A stretch of DNA of 124,000 nt from positions 144,001 through 268,000 of the forward strand of contig NZ_JMCB01000008.1 of NCBI RefSeq assembly GCF_000737315.1, written 5' to 3'. Below the pieces are notes generated by a model that was given only the letters and a program-made list of their open reading frames with translations, was not told the origin of the DNA and did not search any database. This DNA is from Hyalangium minutum (GTDB taxonomy: Bacteria; Myxococcota; Myxococcia; Myxococcales; Myxococcaceae). Positions 107,981-117,637 of the stretch are shown in pieces. The position numbers and the translations under genes were made by a program. Within the stretch, counting starts at the first letter, position 1. The number at the start of each line of letters is the position of its first letter.

Positions 107981-109387
107981 ATGCACCCCTCTACCCTTCC
108001 TCCAGGTTCGATCGTCGGCTCCTGGCGCCTGCTGGGTCTGGCCTCCCAAGGCTCCTTTGGTGCCGTCTTCCGCGCGGAGAGCACCACCGCTCCCGAGTCA
108101 GGCCCCGTCGCTCTCAAGTTCGCGCTCCAGCCAGGGGATCCCCGCTTTGCCCTGGAGGCAGCGTTTCTCTCCCGCATGAAGCACCCGAACTTGCCCCTCC
108201 TGCGGGACTCGGGCGAGTGGCACAGCCCCAGCGGCACGACCTACTCGTTCCTGGTCATGGACTGGGAGGAGGGTCTGCCCCTGTACTCCTGGGCCCGGCT
108301 CCGGCCCCGCTCCTCGCGGGAGGTGCTGCGCGTCCTGGCTCAAGGCGCCCGCGCACTCCAAGCCATCCATTCCGCCGGTGGGCTCCACCGCGACGTCAAA
108401 GGGGACCATTTCCTCGTGCGCCCCGAAGATGGGCACGCCGTGCTGGTGGACTTCGGCTCCTGCACCTTCCGCGGCGCTCCCGTCATCACCCGCAACTCCG
108501 GGCCTCCCAGCACGCCCGAATACCTCAGCCCTCAGTCCCTCGTTCACCAGTGGAGGTTCCGCCGGGATCCCACAGCTCGCTATGAGCCCTCTGTTGCGGA
108601 TGACGTGTACGCCCTGGGCGTCACTGCCTACCGGCTCGTCACCGAGCGTTACCCGCTCATCGCCGACGACGACTCCGGAACGGATGAGGGCCAGGACGAC
108701 TCCCTCCCCATCATTCCCAAACTCGTGCCCGCGGACGTGCTCGTTCAGCTCAGCCCCGAGTTGGCCCTGTGGATCCGGCAGCTGCTGTCCGTGGAGCCCT
108801 CAGCCCGAGGAACTCCGGCGGAGTTGGTCAGGGGCCTGGAGCGGTCGGCGAACACCGAGGGCGCCAAAGCGGACAAGCCCATCGGCCCGATCAGGGCTCA
108901 CTCCGCCCCCAGAAAAGCAATTCCCCAGCAAAAGCCTCCACCTCCCATGCCGAGCCGTGCGCTCCGTTGGAAGGTGTGGTTCGGCGCCACGGCCTTGACC
109001 CTTGTGTTGGTCGCTGGAGGGGGAGGACTGCTCCATGCGCAGATGGAACAATCTTCTTCCTCCGGCCAGCCCCCCACTCTCATGCAGCAGTTCCCCACCG
109101 TGCATGCAGAGACTTCAGGGCTCGGAGAACTTGAGCTCCCGGAACCTCTAAATCCATCCGAGCCCATGCCTCCACACGAGGGGATTAACGCCCCCATCCC
109201 CGATGGTCCCCTCCAAGGCCAGCGCACGCCTCCGTGCAGGAAACCCCTGGTCGAGATCAACGGTGGCTGCTGGAGCCTCGTAGGCAATGAAACGCCTCCC
109301 TGCTCCGACATCACCTATGAGTGGCGGAAGCAGTGCTACCTGCCCTTCATGGCTCCCTCGCGGCCCTTGAACACGAGAGAAAAGTAG
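107981..109387 (+). CDS. Ser/Thr protein kinase with TM and Cys-containing C-terminal domain
   Basis: GSFGAVF; VALK; HRDVK; DFG; TPEY; C-terminal PPC...EINGGCW. Confidence 0.9.
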   Translation: MHPSTLPPGSIVGSWRLLGLASQGSFGAVFRAESTTAPESGPVALKFALQPGDPRFALEAAFLSRMKHPNLPLLRDSGEWHSPSGTTYSFLVMDWEEGLPLYSWARLRPRSSREVLRVLAQGARALQAIHSAGGLHRDVKGDHFLVRPEDGHAVLVDFGSCTFRGAPVITRNSGPPSTPEYLSPQSLVHQWRFRRDPTARYEPSVADDVYALGVTAYRLVTERYPLIADDDSGTDEGQDDSLPIIPKLVPADVLVQLSPELALWIRQLLSVEPSARGTPAELVRGLERSANTEGAKADKPIGPIRAHSAPRKAIPQQKPPPPMPSRALRWKVWFGATALTLVLVAGGGGLLHAQMEQSSSSGQPPTLMQQFPTVHAETSGLGELELPEPLNPSEPMPPHEGINAPIPDGPLQGQRTPPCRKPLVEINGGCWSLVGNETPPCSDITYEWRKQCYLPFMAPSRPLNTREK

Positions 109388-109433
109388 CTGGCCGTCGAGA
109401 CATTCAGTAGGTCCACAGCAGACGGAGGAACTG

Positions 109434-109661
109434 ATGCAGACCGTGGGGGAAAAGCTCTTCGCTCAAGGGGAGGCCAAGGGAGAGGCCAAGGGCCAAGCCA
109501 AGTACCTCCTCCGGACCCTGGACCGGCGCGGTATTCCCATGGATGCCAAGACCCGTCGGCGCATCCTTGCTTGCAAGGACACCCGCCTGCTCGACCAGTG
109601 GTGTGACCGGGCCCTGACCGCCACCACCCTGGCCGAAGTCCTGGGCGAAGCCTCCAAATAG
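109434..109661 (+). pseudogene. C-terminal remnant of an Rpn/YhgA-like transposase-type gene
   Basis: GEAKGEAKG...RRILAC.D...LDQWCDRALTATTLAEVL; no N-terminal nuclease. Confidence 0.65.
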
Positions 109662-109753
109662 CCCCGCCCGAACGTCTCCAGGTATCCGAAATACCCCGGG
109701 GGGCTCACACAAGCCCCCCATCCGGGCCGCTCTGGTGCTATCTGTCCCGGGCC

Positions 109754-112700
109754 ATGGCCCAGCCCCTTTTCGCTACGGTCCCCAACGAGATCGACTTCCC
109801 CGCCGACGAGCGCCGCATCCTCGCCTTCTGGAAGGAACGCCGAATCTTCGAGCAGACGCTCGAGGGCCGGGACGCTGCCCCTCCCTTCATCTTCTACGAG
109901 GGCCCGCCCACCGCCAACGGCCTCCCCCACAACGGTCACGTCCTCACCCGCGTCATCAAGGACCTCTTCCCTCGCTACAAGACCATGCGCGGCTTCCGCG
110001 TCCCCCGCAAAGCCGGCTGGGACACCCACGGCCTCCCCGTCGAGGTGGAAGTCGAGAAGGAGCTCCGCATCCACGGTAAGGCGGAGATTGAGCGCTACGG
110101 CGTCGAGCCCTTCACCCAGCGCTGCATCGAGTCCGTCTTCCGCTACACCAATGAGTGGGAGCGCCTCACCGAGCGCATCGGCTTCTGGGTCGACCTCCCC
110201 GACGCTTACGTCACCTACCACCGCTCCTACGTCGAGAGCGTCTGGTGGGCCCTCGCCGAGCTGTTCCGCAAGGGCCTCCTCTACCAGGGCCACAAAATCG
110301 TCTGGTGGTGGCCCCAGGGCGGAACCGCCCTCAGCTCCGGCGAAGTCGGCATGGGCTATCGCACCGTCGATGACCCCAGCGCCTACGTCGCCTTCCCCCT
110401 GAGAGGCCAGCCCGACACGGCGCTCCTCATCTGGACCACCACCCCCTGGACACTCCCGTCCAACATGTACGCCGCCGTGAACCCCTCGGTGGACTACGTC
110501 ACCGTGGACGCCGGCGACCGCAAGCTCATCATCGCCGCAGCCCTCCGCGAGGAGCTCGCCAAGAAGCTCAAGAAGGACCTGCCCATCCTGGAGACCCAGA
110601 AGGGCAGCGAGCTCGTCGGCCGCCGCTACTTCCCGCCCTATGACGTCTACTTCCAGCGCGCCGGCTCCACCGAGCTGCCCCTGAAGGCCGGAGGCTCGGA
110701 CTCGCCCGCCTGGCGCGTCATCGCCGCCGACTTCGTCACCCTCACCAGCGGCACCGGCATCGTCCACATCGCCCCCGCCTTCGGCGAGGACGACTACAAC
110801 GCCTTCCGCCAGGAGCGCACCCGCTTCACCCAGCCCGACGCCCTCGAGATGTTCTGCGCCATCCGCTCGGATGGCACCTTCTCCGACGACTTCCCCGGCA
110901 TTGCCGGCAAGTTCGTCAAGGACGCCGACAAGGACATCTCCCGCGCCCTCAAGGAGCGCGGCTTGCTGGTGCTCATGGAGCAGTACAAGCACGAGTACCC
111001 GTTCTGCTGGCGCGCCGATGACGACCCGCTCATCCAGTTCGCCCGCCCCGCCTGGTACATCCGCACCACCCAGGTGAAGGACCAGGCCATCGCCAACAAC
111101 CGCGCCGTCAACTGGGTCCCCGAGCACATCAAGGAAGGCCGCTTCGGCGACTTCCTCGCCAACAACGTGGACTGGGCCCTCTCCCGCGAGCGCTACTGGG
111201 GCACCGCGCTCCCCCTGTGGATCCACTCGGAGACGGGCGAGGTGGAGGCCATCCCCTCGCTCCAGGCCCTGCGCGAGAAGCCCGGCAGCAACCTCGCCGC
111301 CGTCGAGGCCGAGCTCAAGGCCTTCCTCGCCCAGAAGCCCGGTGCCACCACCGCCGAGCACCTCATCGTCCACAAGCCGTGGATCGACAAGGTCACCTAC
111401 GAGAAGCCCGGCACCCCCGGCCGCTTCACCCGCGTGCCCGAAGTCATCGACGTGTGGTTCGACTCGGGCTGCATGCCCTTCGCCCAGTGGGGTTTCCCCC
111501 ACGCCCAGGGCTCGCGCGAGAAGTTCACCCAGGCCTTCCCCGCTGACTTCATCTCCGAGGCCATCGACCAGACGCGCGGCTGGTTCTACTCGCTGCTGAT
111601 GATCAGCACGCTCGTCTTCGATGAGGAGACGCAGAAGCGAGAGAACATCCTCCCGTCCCACGGCTGGCCGCACCCGTACAAGAGCTGCATCGTGCTCGGC
111701 CACGTCTCCGACAAGGAGGGCAAGAAGGAGTCCAAGTCCAAGGGCAACTACACCCCGCCCGAGATCATCCTCGATGAAGTCCGCATGGACTTCGCCGTGC
111801 TGGATGACAAGGCCGCCGGCGTCAACGGCGTGGCCGGCGAGGCGCTCATCGCCCGCGAGGACCTCGAGGGCCTCGACATGCAGGAGGGCGTCAAGGTCCA
111901 GGTGTTCCGCCCGGATCAACCCGGCACCGCCCTCACGCTCACGGTGAAGGCCCACAAGAAGCTCAAGCGGCGCGTGCTGCTGCTGGCGAAGAAGGACCTG
112001 GAGGCGCTGAGCGTGGCGCCCTCGGCCAAGGGCGCGGATGTCATGCCCGTGGAGGTGCCCCGCCTGGCTCCCTCCGAGCGCGTGGTGCTCAAGGACCCCG
112101 CCTCCAAGGCCCCCGGCGCGGACGCCTTCCGCTGGTTCTTCTACGCGGCCAGCCCCACCTGGTCCAACACGCGCCACTCGCTGAGCAACGTGCGCCTGTT
112201 GCAGAAGGACTTCCAGGTCAAGCTGCGCAACGTCTACTCGTTCTTCACCATCTACGCGAACATCGACGGGTTCTCGCCCGCCACCGGCAACCCGGACGCC
112301 TCCGAGGCCCCGTGGCTCGCCATCCGCAAGAGCCAGGGCTGGCGCGAGCCCAAGGTCCGCACGGTGTTGGACAAGTGGATCCTCTCCGAAGTGCAGCTCG
112401 CCCTGCGCGACACGGCCCGCCACCTGGACGGCTACCACGTCTATGAGGCGGCCCAGCGGCTGGTGGCGCTCGTGGACGCGCTCTCCAACTGGTACCTGCG
112501 CCGCAGCCGCGACCGCTTCTGGGCTCCCGGCCTGGAGCAGGACAAGCTCGACGCGTACTACACGCTGTACGAGGCGCTCACCGCCATCGCCTCCATGTCC
112601 GCGCCCTTCATCCCCTTCTTCGCCGAGGAGATGTGGCTCAACCTGGTGCGCCGCCCCTGGCCGCACTCCCAGCCGGAGAGCGTCCACCTGGGCCGCTTCC

Positions 112701-113485
112701 CCGACGCCGACGAGCGCCTCATCGACGAGGGGCTCGCCGCGGAGATGGGCGCGGTGCGCGAGCTGGTGTCCCTGGGCCTCAAGGTCCGCACCGACAACCG
112801 CCTCAAGGTCCGCCAGCCCCTGTCCCGCGTGGACGTCATCCTCGCGCGCTCGGAGCTGAAGGAGCGCGTGGCCGTCTACAAGGAACTCATCGCCGACGAG
112901 CTGAACGTCCACGAGGTGCACTTCCTCGAGGCCGGCCAGGAGACGGACGTGGTCCGCTACAAGGTCCGCCCCAACCTGCGCGCGGTGGGCAGCCGGCTCG
113001 GGCCCAAGCTGGCGCCGGTGCGCAAGGCGTTCGACTCGGCGGATGGCCGCATCCTCCAGCGCGAGCTGTCCCTCAAGGGCATGGTCTCCATCACCGTGGA
113101 CGGCGAGCGCATGGCGTTCCCCGCCGAGGAGCTGGAGGTGCTCGTGGAGGCCAACCCCGGCTTCGCCGCCGCAGGCGCGAGCGTGGGCGTGGTGGTGCTC
113201 TACACCGAGCTGACCGAGGCGCTGGTGGACGAGGGCCTCGTGCGCGAGCTGCTCGCCCGCGTGCAGGCGGCGCGCAAGGACATGGCGCTGGGCTATACGG
113301 ACCGCATCCGCCTCTGGGTGGACGGCGACGCGCGGGTGCTCCGGGTGACGCAGGCCTCCAAGGAGTTCATCTCCCGCGAGACGCTCGCCTCCGAGCTGAA
113401 CGTGGGCCCCGAGGGCCTCACCGGCAAGGAGGAGGAGTTCAACCTCAACGGCCTGCCCACGCGCATCCGCGTCGAGCGCGCCTGA
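109754..113485 (+). CDS. ileS: Isoleucine-tRNA ligase (type 2)
   Basis: FYEGPPTANGLPHNGH; GWDTHGLP; WTTTPWT; DWALSRERYWG; KESKS. Confidence 0.97.
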   Translation: MAQPLFATVPNEIDFPADERRILAFWKERRIFEQTLEGRDAAPPFIFYEGPPTANGLPHNGHVLTRVIKDLFPRYKTMRGFRVPRKAGWDTHGLPVEVEVEKELRIHGKAEIERYGVEPFTQRCIESVFRYTNEWERLTERIGFWVDLPDAYVTYHRSYVESVWWALAELFRKGLLYQGHKIVWWWPQGGTALSSGEVGMGYRTVDDPSAYVAFPLRGQPDTALLIWTTTPWTLPSNMYAAVNPSVDYVTVDAGDRKLIIAAALREELAKKLKKDLPILETQKGSELVGRRYFPPYDVYFQRAGSTELPLKAGGSDSPAWRVIAADFVTLTSGTGIVHIAPAFGEDDYNAFRQERTRFTQPDALEMFCAIRSDGTFSDDFPGIAGKFVKDADKDISRALKERGLLVLMEQYKHEYPFCWRADDDPLIQFARPAWYIRTTQVKDQAIANNRAVNWVPEHIKEGRFGDFLANNVDWALSRERYWGTALPLWIHSETGEVEAIPSLQALREKPGSNLAAVEAELKAFLAQKPGATTAEHLIVHKPWIDKVTYEKPGTPGRFTRVPEVIDVWFDSGCMPFAQWGFPHAQGSREKFTQAFPADFISEAIDQTRGWFYSLLMISTLVFDEETQKRENILPSHGWPHPYKSCIVLGHVSDKEGKKESKSKGNYTPPEIILDEVRMDFAVLDDKAAGVNGVAGEALIAREDLEGLDMQEGVKVQVFRPDQPGTALTLTVKAHKKLKRRVLLLAKKDLEALSVAPSAKGADVMPVEVPRLAPSERVVLKDPASKAPGADAFRWFFYAASPTWSNTRHSLSNVRLLQKDFQVKLRNVYSFFTIYANIDGFSPATGNPDASEAPWLAIRKSQGWREPKVRTVLDKWILSEVQLALRDTARHLDGYHVYEAAQRLVALVDALSNWYLRRSRDRFWAPGLEQDKLDAYYTLYEALTAIASMSAPFIPFFAEEMWLNLVRRPWPHSQPESVHLGRFPDADERLIDEGLAAEMGAVRELVSLGLKVRTDNRLKVRQPLSRVDVILARSELKERVAVYKELIADELNVHEVHFLEAGQETDVVRYKVRPNLRAVGSRLGPKLAPVRKAFDSADGRILQRELSLKGMVSITVDGERMAFPAEELEVLVEANPGFAAAGASVGVVVLYTELTEALVDEGLVRELLARVQAARKDMALGYTDRIRLWVDGDARVLRVTQASKEFISRETLASELNVGPEGLTGKEEEFNLNGLPTRIRVERA

Positions 113486-113513
113486 CAGGCAGAGCCAAGG
113501 CCCAGGGGCTCGC

Positions 113514-114872
113514 TCAGGGAGTCGCGAGCCGAGCCCCAGGGCCCTCCAGCGGGAGAATCCAGGGCCGGGGCGAGAGGCTGTACCGGTACGCCGCCAGGTC
113601 CACCGTTGGGTCCACGAGGAGTTGGCGGGGCCGCCCGTTCAATCGGACGGCCACCCAGGCTCGCACTTCCACTCCGGGTTGTCCCTGGCGCGCGTACTCC
113701 TCCGAGACGTGACGCGCGAAGGTGGCCAGCATGTCCGGGTGGGTCACCATCCGGTACGCCTGCTTGTCGGTGAGGTAGCGCAGCGGCTCCACCTCCCAGC
113801 GCTCACCGGAGGCTGGATCCGTGGCCTCGAAGCGCGCGTGGGCCCGCTTCTCCATGATCTTCATGTGCCAGGAGAAGAGGAACCCCTCCTCGTTCCAGAG
113901 CACTGGCCCCGGGTAGAGCCAGTGCCGCAGCGGCACCAGCACCTGCACGGTGAAGTGCACGCACAGCAGCACGGTGAGCCACGCCGCGGGCCGCCGCTCC
114001 AGCGCGGGCGCTGGGCTCTCCGCCGTGGGTGCAGACAGCGTCCCCGTACGAGCCCACGCAAGCGCCCGACGCGGCCAGTCCGGCTCGAAGAACAGGAGCA
114101 GCAGCGAGGCCGCCATCCACGGGAACACGCCGATGTTGAGCAGCAGCCCCGTCATCAAATGGAAGGACAACAGGGCGGCATAAGCCACCGGCCGCGTGCG
114201 CCTCCACAGCATGAATGGAGGGCCTAGCAGCACGACGAGCATGCCTCCCCAGCTCGCCCCGAGCGCCAGGACGGGCAGTGGCACCACGGGTGCCAGCGCA
114301 CGGGCCACCGGAGTGCCATCCAGCCACTGCACCAGGGGCTGGCCGTGGAGCAGCCAATCCGGCTGAAGCTTCGCCATCCCCGAGAAGGCATACGCCACCA
114401 TCAGCTGCGCGCGCAGCGTCCACAGGCACCAGGCGGGCACGGTGTCCCGGCGCAGTTCCGGGCGGCGCCGTGCATCCAGCGACCAGAGCCCCTCCAGCGG
114501 CATCAGCGCCATGAGGAAGGCCAGCAGGCACGCCAGGTAGTAGTGGTTCAGGTAGTGCGTCCGGTCCAGCAGCTGGACGTACGAGAACCCCACGGCCAGC
114601 ACGAGCATGCACGCCCGGTAGAACAGGCCCAGCATGACCCCCACCGCCGCCACCCCCAGCACGGCAAAGAGGGCGTACATCCCCACGGCCGACAGAGGCT
114701 TCACCCACCCGAACCCGGGAAACGTGAAGAAGAAGGAGGGAGCCACGTAGTAGGCGTGGATCCACCCCTTGAGGAAGTAGCGCAGGATCGCGGCGGCCAT
114801 GACCGCGCCGAAGGCGATGCGGAGCACCGCCAACGAGGCCACGTCCACGGGCCGAAGCAGCCACCGGGGCAT
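113514..114872 (-). CDS. HTTM / vitamin K-dependent gamma-carboxylase-like membrane protein
   Basis: LAVLRIAFG; YLNHYYL; Y.FSG.AKL..DWL.G; FSWHMK. Confidence 0.9.
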   Translation of the reverse strand: MPRWLLRPVDVASLAVLRIAFGAVMAAAILRYFLKGWIHAYYVAPSFFFTFPGFGWVKPLSAVGMYALFAVLGVAAVGVMLGLFYRACMLVLAVGFSYVQLLDRTHYLNHYYLACLLAFLMALMPLEGLWSLDARRRPELRRDTVPAWCLWTLRAQLMVAYAFSGMAKLQPDWLLHGQPLVQWLDGTPVARALAPVVPLPVLALGASWGGMLVVLLGPPFMLWRRTRPVAYAALLSFHLMTGLLLNIGVFPWMAASLLLLFFEPDWPRRALAWARTGTLSAPTAESPAPALERRPAAWLTVLLCVHFTVQVLVPLRHWLYPGPVLWNEEGFLFSWHMKIMEKRAHARFEATDPASGERWEVEPLRYLTDKQAYRMVTHPDMLATFARHVSEEYARQGQPGVEVRAWVAVRLNGRPRQLLVDPTVDLAAYRYSLSPRPWILPLEGPGARLATP

Positions 114873-114875
114873 GCG

Positions 114876-115517
114876 TCAGTCGAAGTCCGAGTCCCCGCCA
114901 CTGCCCGTATCGCCCAAGCATCCACCGCCACCCGAGGGATCCGTGCCGCGGTCATTCTCCTCGTCGTGGCGCACCTGGAACTCACACACCAGCGAGGTGC
115001 CGTCCTCGAAGAACAGCTTCAGCGTCGTCGACAGGCGGTTCTCCACGAAGGTGACGACCCGCTCCAGCGTGCCTGTCCGCAGCTTCGGACGAAGGCCCTG
115101 GGTCACCAAGTCCCAGTGCTTGATCTCGGGCGAGGGCGCGGGGATGAACCCTCCCGTACCGCCTGTACCACCATCCGCGCCGCCCGTGCCGCCATCCGTA
115201 CCGCCCGGGGTTCCACCGGGAGCCACCTCGCTCGGCAGGTTCAGCTCCACGCCTCCCGAGAGCACCGAGGAGCGAGCCACCACCGCGCTCATCACCACCT
115301 TCCGCTGGCCAAAGCTGACGGAGAGGATGTCCTCATTGTTGAGGTAGTTGATGGCGTAGAAGCTCTCCGGATCGATCTCATCCGACACCGCCAGGTTGCC
115401 GATGAACCCCTCGCAGCGCCCCGACGACGTGGAGGCGCGAGAGCAGTCACAGCGGCTGGTCATCATGACCAGGGCCATGAGGGAGAGAATCAGGTACGAC
115501 CGCGAGGATTTCTTCAT
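114876..115517 (-). CDS. Hypothetical exported/lipoprotein upstream of HTTM
   Basis: MKKSS + hydrophobic stretch + RCDC; Gly-rich linker; acidic C-terminus. Confidence 0.65.
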   Translation of the reverse strand: MKKSSRSYLILSLMALVMMTSRCDCSRASTSSGRCEGFIGNLAVSDEIDPESFYAINYLNNEDILSVSFGQRKVVMSAVVARSSVLSGGVELNLPSEVAPGGTPGGTDGGTGGADGGTGGTGGFIPAPSPEIKHWDLVTQGLRPKLRTGTLERVVTFVENRLSTTLKLFFEDGTSLVCEFQVRHDEENDRGTDPSGGGGCLGDTGSGGDSDFD

Positions 115518-115602
115518 GGTGGGGGGGCCTGGGTGCTCGGGGAGTGGCAACGCCACGAACCGGCAGTATTGGGTGGAAGAGAAGCCGCGGTCCAGAGGAG
115601 GC

Positions 115603-116214
115603 TCAGGCCCCCGAGCGCAACACCTTGAGGGCCTCGCGGAACAGCGCCTGGAAGGCGGCCTCGGGCCCCAGCCGCTCTCCGGCCATCTCCGCGGCCTTCT
115701 CCGCCTGCGGCGCCTTGTAGCCCAGGTTCAGCAGCGCCGAGACCAGGTCCGCCATGGGCCCCGCGGCCGGAGGCGGCGTCACCGCGCCCTTGGCCACGGC
115801 CTCCAGGTGGAGCGTCTTCACCTTCTCCTTGAGCTCCAGCACGAGCCGCTCGGCCGTCTTCTTGCCGATGCCGTGAATCTTGGTGAGCCGCGCCACCTCT
115901 TCCTTGGCGATGGCCACCACCAGCTCCGGCACCTCCATCCCGGACAGCACGGTGAGCGCCAGCCGCGGCCCCACGTGCGACACCGAGGTGAGCAGCAGGA
116001 ACATCTCCTCCTCGCCTCGAGTGAGGAAGCCAAACAGCTCGAAGGCGTCCTCGCGCACCACCGTGCGCACGCGCACCTGGACGGGCTGGCCCTCCGCGGG
116101 CAGCTTCCCCATCGTCAGCGTGGAGAAGAAGACACGGTAGCCCACCCCTCCCACGTCGATGATGGACTCGTCGAGGCCCTTCTCCTGCAGGGTTCCGCGC
116201 AGTGCCGCGATCAT
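115603..116214 (-). CDS. ruvA: Holliday junction DNA-binding protein RuvA
   Basis: IDVGGVGY; VREDA..LFGF; GIGKKTAERL. Confidence 0.97.
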   Translation of the reverse strand: MIAALRGTLQEKGLDESIIDVGGVGYRVFFSTLTMGKLPAEGQPVQVRVRTVVREDAFELFGFLTRGEEEMFLLLTSVSHVGPRLALTVLSGMEVPELVVAIAKEEVARLTKIHGIGKKTAERLVLELKEKVKTLHLEAVAKGAVTPPPAAGPMADLVSALLNLGYKAPQAEKAAEMAGERLGPEAAFQALFREALKVLRSGA

Positions 116215-116792
116215 CGCGCCTCCGGGCGCCGGTAGGACGGGCTCAGCCGATCCGCGAGGAGCGCCGCCGCGCCCTTGCGGCCCTTGGCGCGAGCCCCGCG
116301 AGAGCTGCCCGCGAGCAGGCCCGCGGCCCGGCCCTGGTTCAAGTGGCACAGCGCCACCGCGAGGGCGTCGCTGGCATCCGCCCGCTCAATCTCGTCGAGC
116401 CTCAGCAGGGAGCAAACCATGCGAGCAATGGCGTCCTTGCCGTCCGCGCCGCCCGCGCCCACCGAGCGCTTCACCTTCGCCGGCGGGTACTCGTACACGG
116501 GCAGCCCCGCCTGGGCCGCCGCCAGCAGCGCCACGCCTCGCGCGTGCCCCAGCACCAGGGCGCTGCGTGCGTTGCGGAAGGTGAAGACACCCTCCACCGC
116601 CACCGCCTCGGGCTTGAGGTGGCGCAGCGCGCCCGTCAGCTCGGCGTGCAGCACCATCAGCCGCTCGTGCAGTGGGGCGTTGGGGTCCACCTTGATGACC
116701 CCATGGGCCACATGGGTGAGCCGGCCCCGCCGCTCCTCCACCACGCCATAGCCCATGAAGCGGCTGCCAGGATCGACCCCTAGGACGCGCAC
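116211..116792 (-). CDS. ruvC: Holliday junction resolvase RuvC
   Basis: VLGVDPGS; VAVEG; DASDALAVALCH; GTG start. Confidence 0.95.
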   Translation of the reverse strand: MRVLGVDPGSRFMGYGVVEERRGRLTHVAHGVIKVDPNAPLHERLMVLHAELTGALRHLKPEAVAVEGVFTFRNARSALVLGHARGVALLAAAQAGLPVYEYPPAKVKRSVGAGGADGKDAIARMVCSLLRLDEIERADASDALAVALCHLNQGRAAGLLAGSSRGARAKGRKGAAALLADRLSPSYRRPEAR

Positions 116793-116824
116793 GTTCCTCT
116801 CCACCACCCCAACGAAACAGGTGT

Positions 116825-117574
116825 TCAGCCTTGTAACGCGTCCATCAACGCCTCGTCGATCTCGAAGTTGGCGTGGACGTTCTGGACGTCGTCGTTGTCC
116901 TCCAGCGCGTCCATCAGCTTGAGCATCTTCTTGGCGTTCTCGCCCTCGAGCTTCACCGTGTTCTGCGGGAAGAAGCTCCACCTCTGCTCGCCCAGCTTGA
117001 GCCCCGCCGACTCCAGGCTGTTGGCCACCGTGTGCAGGTCCACAGGCGCCGTGCGCACCTCGAAGCCGTCCGTTCCCTGGTTGATGACGTCCTCGGCGCC
117101 GGCCTCGATGGCCTTCTCCATCACCTGGTCCTCGGAGGGGCCCGGCTTCACGGCGATGACGCCCTTCTTCTGGAACATCCAGCCGACCGCGCCCTCGGCG
117201 CCGAGGTTGCCTCCACCCTTGTTGAAGAGGATCCGCACGTCTCCCGCGGTGCGGTTGCGGTTGTCCGTGAGGCACTCGACCAGGACAGCCACGCCGCCGG
117301 GGCCATAGCCCTCGTACATCACCTCTTCGTAGCTCTCGCCCTCCAGCTCGCCGGTGCCCTTCTTGATGGCGCGCTCGATGGAGTCCTTGGGCATGTTCGC
117401 CTCGCGCGCCGCGGCGATGGCGACGCGCAGGCGGGCGTTACCGGTGGGATCCCCGCCGCCCAGGCGGGCCGCGACGGTGAGCTCCTTGATGACCTTGCTG
117501 TACAGCTTGCCCTTGGTCGCGCCCATGGCGGCCTTCTGGCGCTTGATCTTGGACCATCGGTTATGACCGGACAT
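116825..117574 (-). CDS. yebC: YebC/PmpR family protein
   Basis: MSGHNRWSKIK; YEGYGPGG; TDNRNRT; DDVQNV. Confidence 0.97.
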   Translation of the reverse strand: MSGHNRWSKIKRQKAAMGATKGKLYSKVIKELTVAARLGGGDPTGNARLRVAIAAAREANMPKDSIERAIKKGTGELEGESYEEVMYEGYGPGGVAVLVECLTDNRNRTAGDVRILFNKGGGNLGAEGAVGWMFQKKGVIAVKPGPSEDQVMEKAIEAGAEDVINQGTDGFEVRTAPVDLHTVANSLESAGLKLGEQRWSFFPQNTVKLEGENAKKMLKLMDALEDNDDVQNVHANFEIDEALMDALQG

Positions 117575-117637
117575 GGCGGGGCAACTTCTCCCCTAACCCC
117601 ACCCACCGAGTCAAACCCCGAGTCGAACGGCCAGGGA

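Noticed and set aside
109434-109661. Active transposase
   Set aside because: Only the C-terminal tail remains; no catalytic domain.
109463-112921. 1152-aa minus-strand ORF
   Set aside because: Antisense shadow of ileS; the same applies to 48400-50730 (smc) and 24981-28160 (ABC operon).
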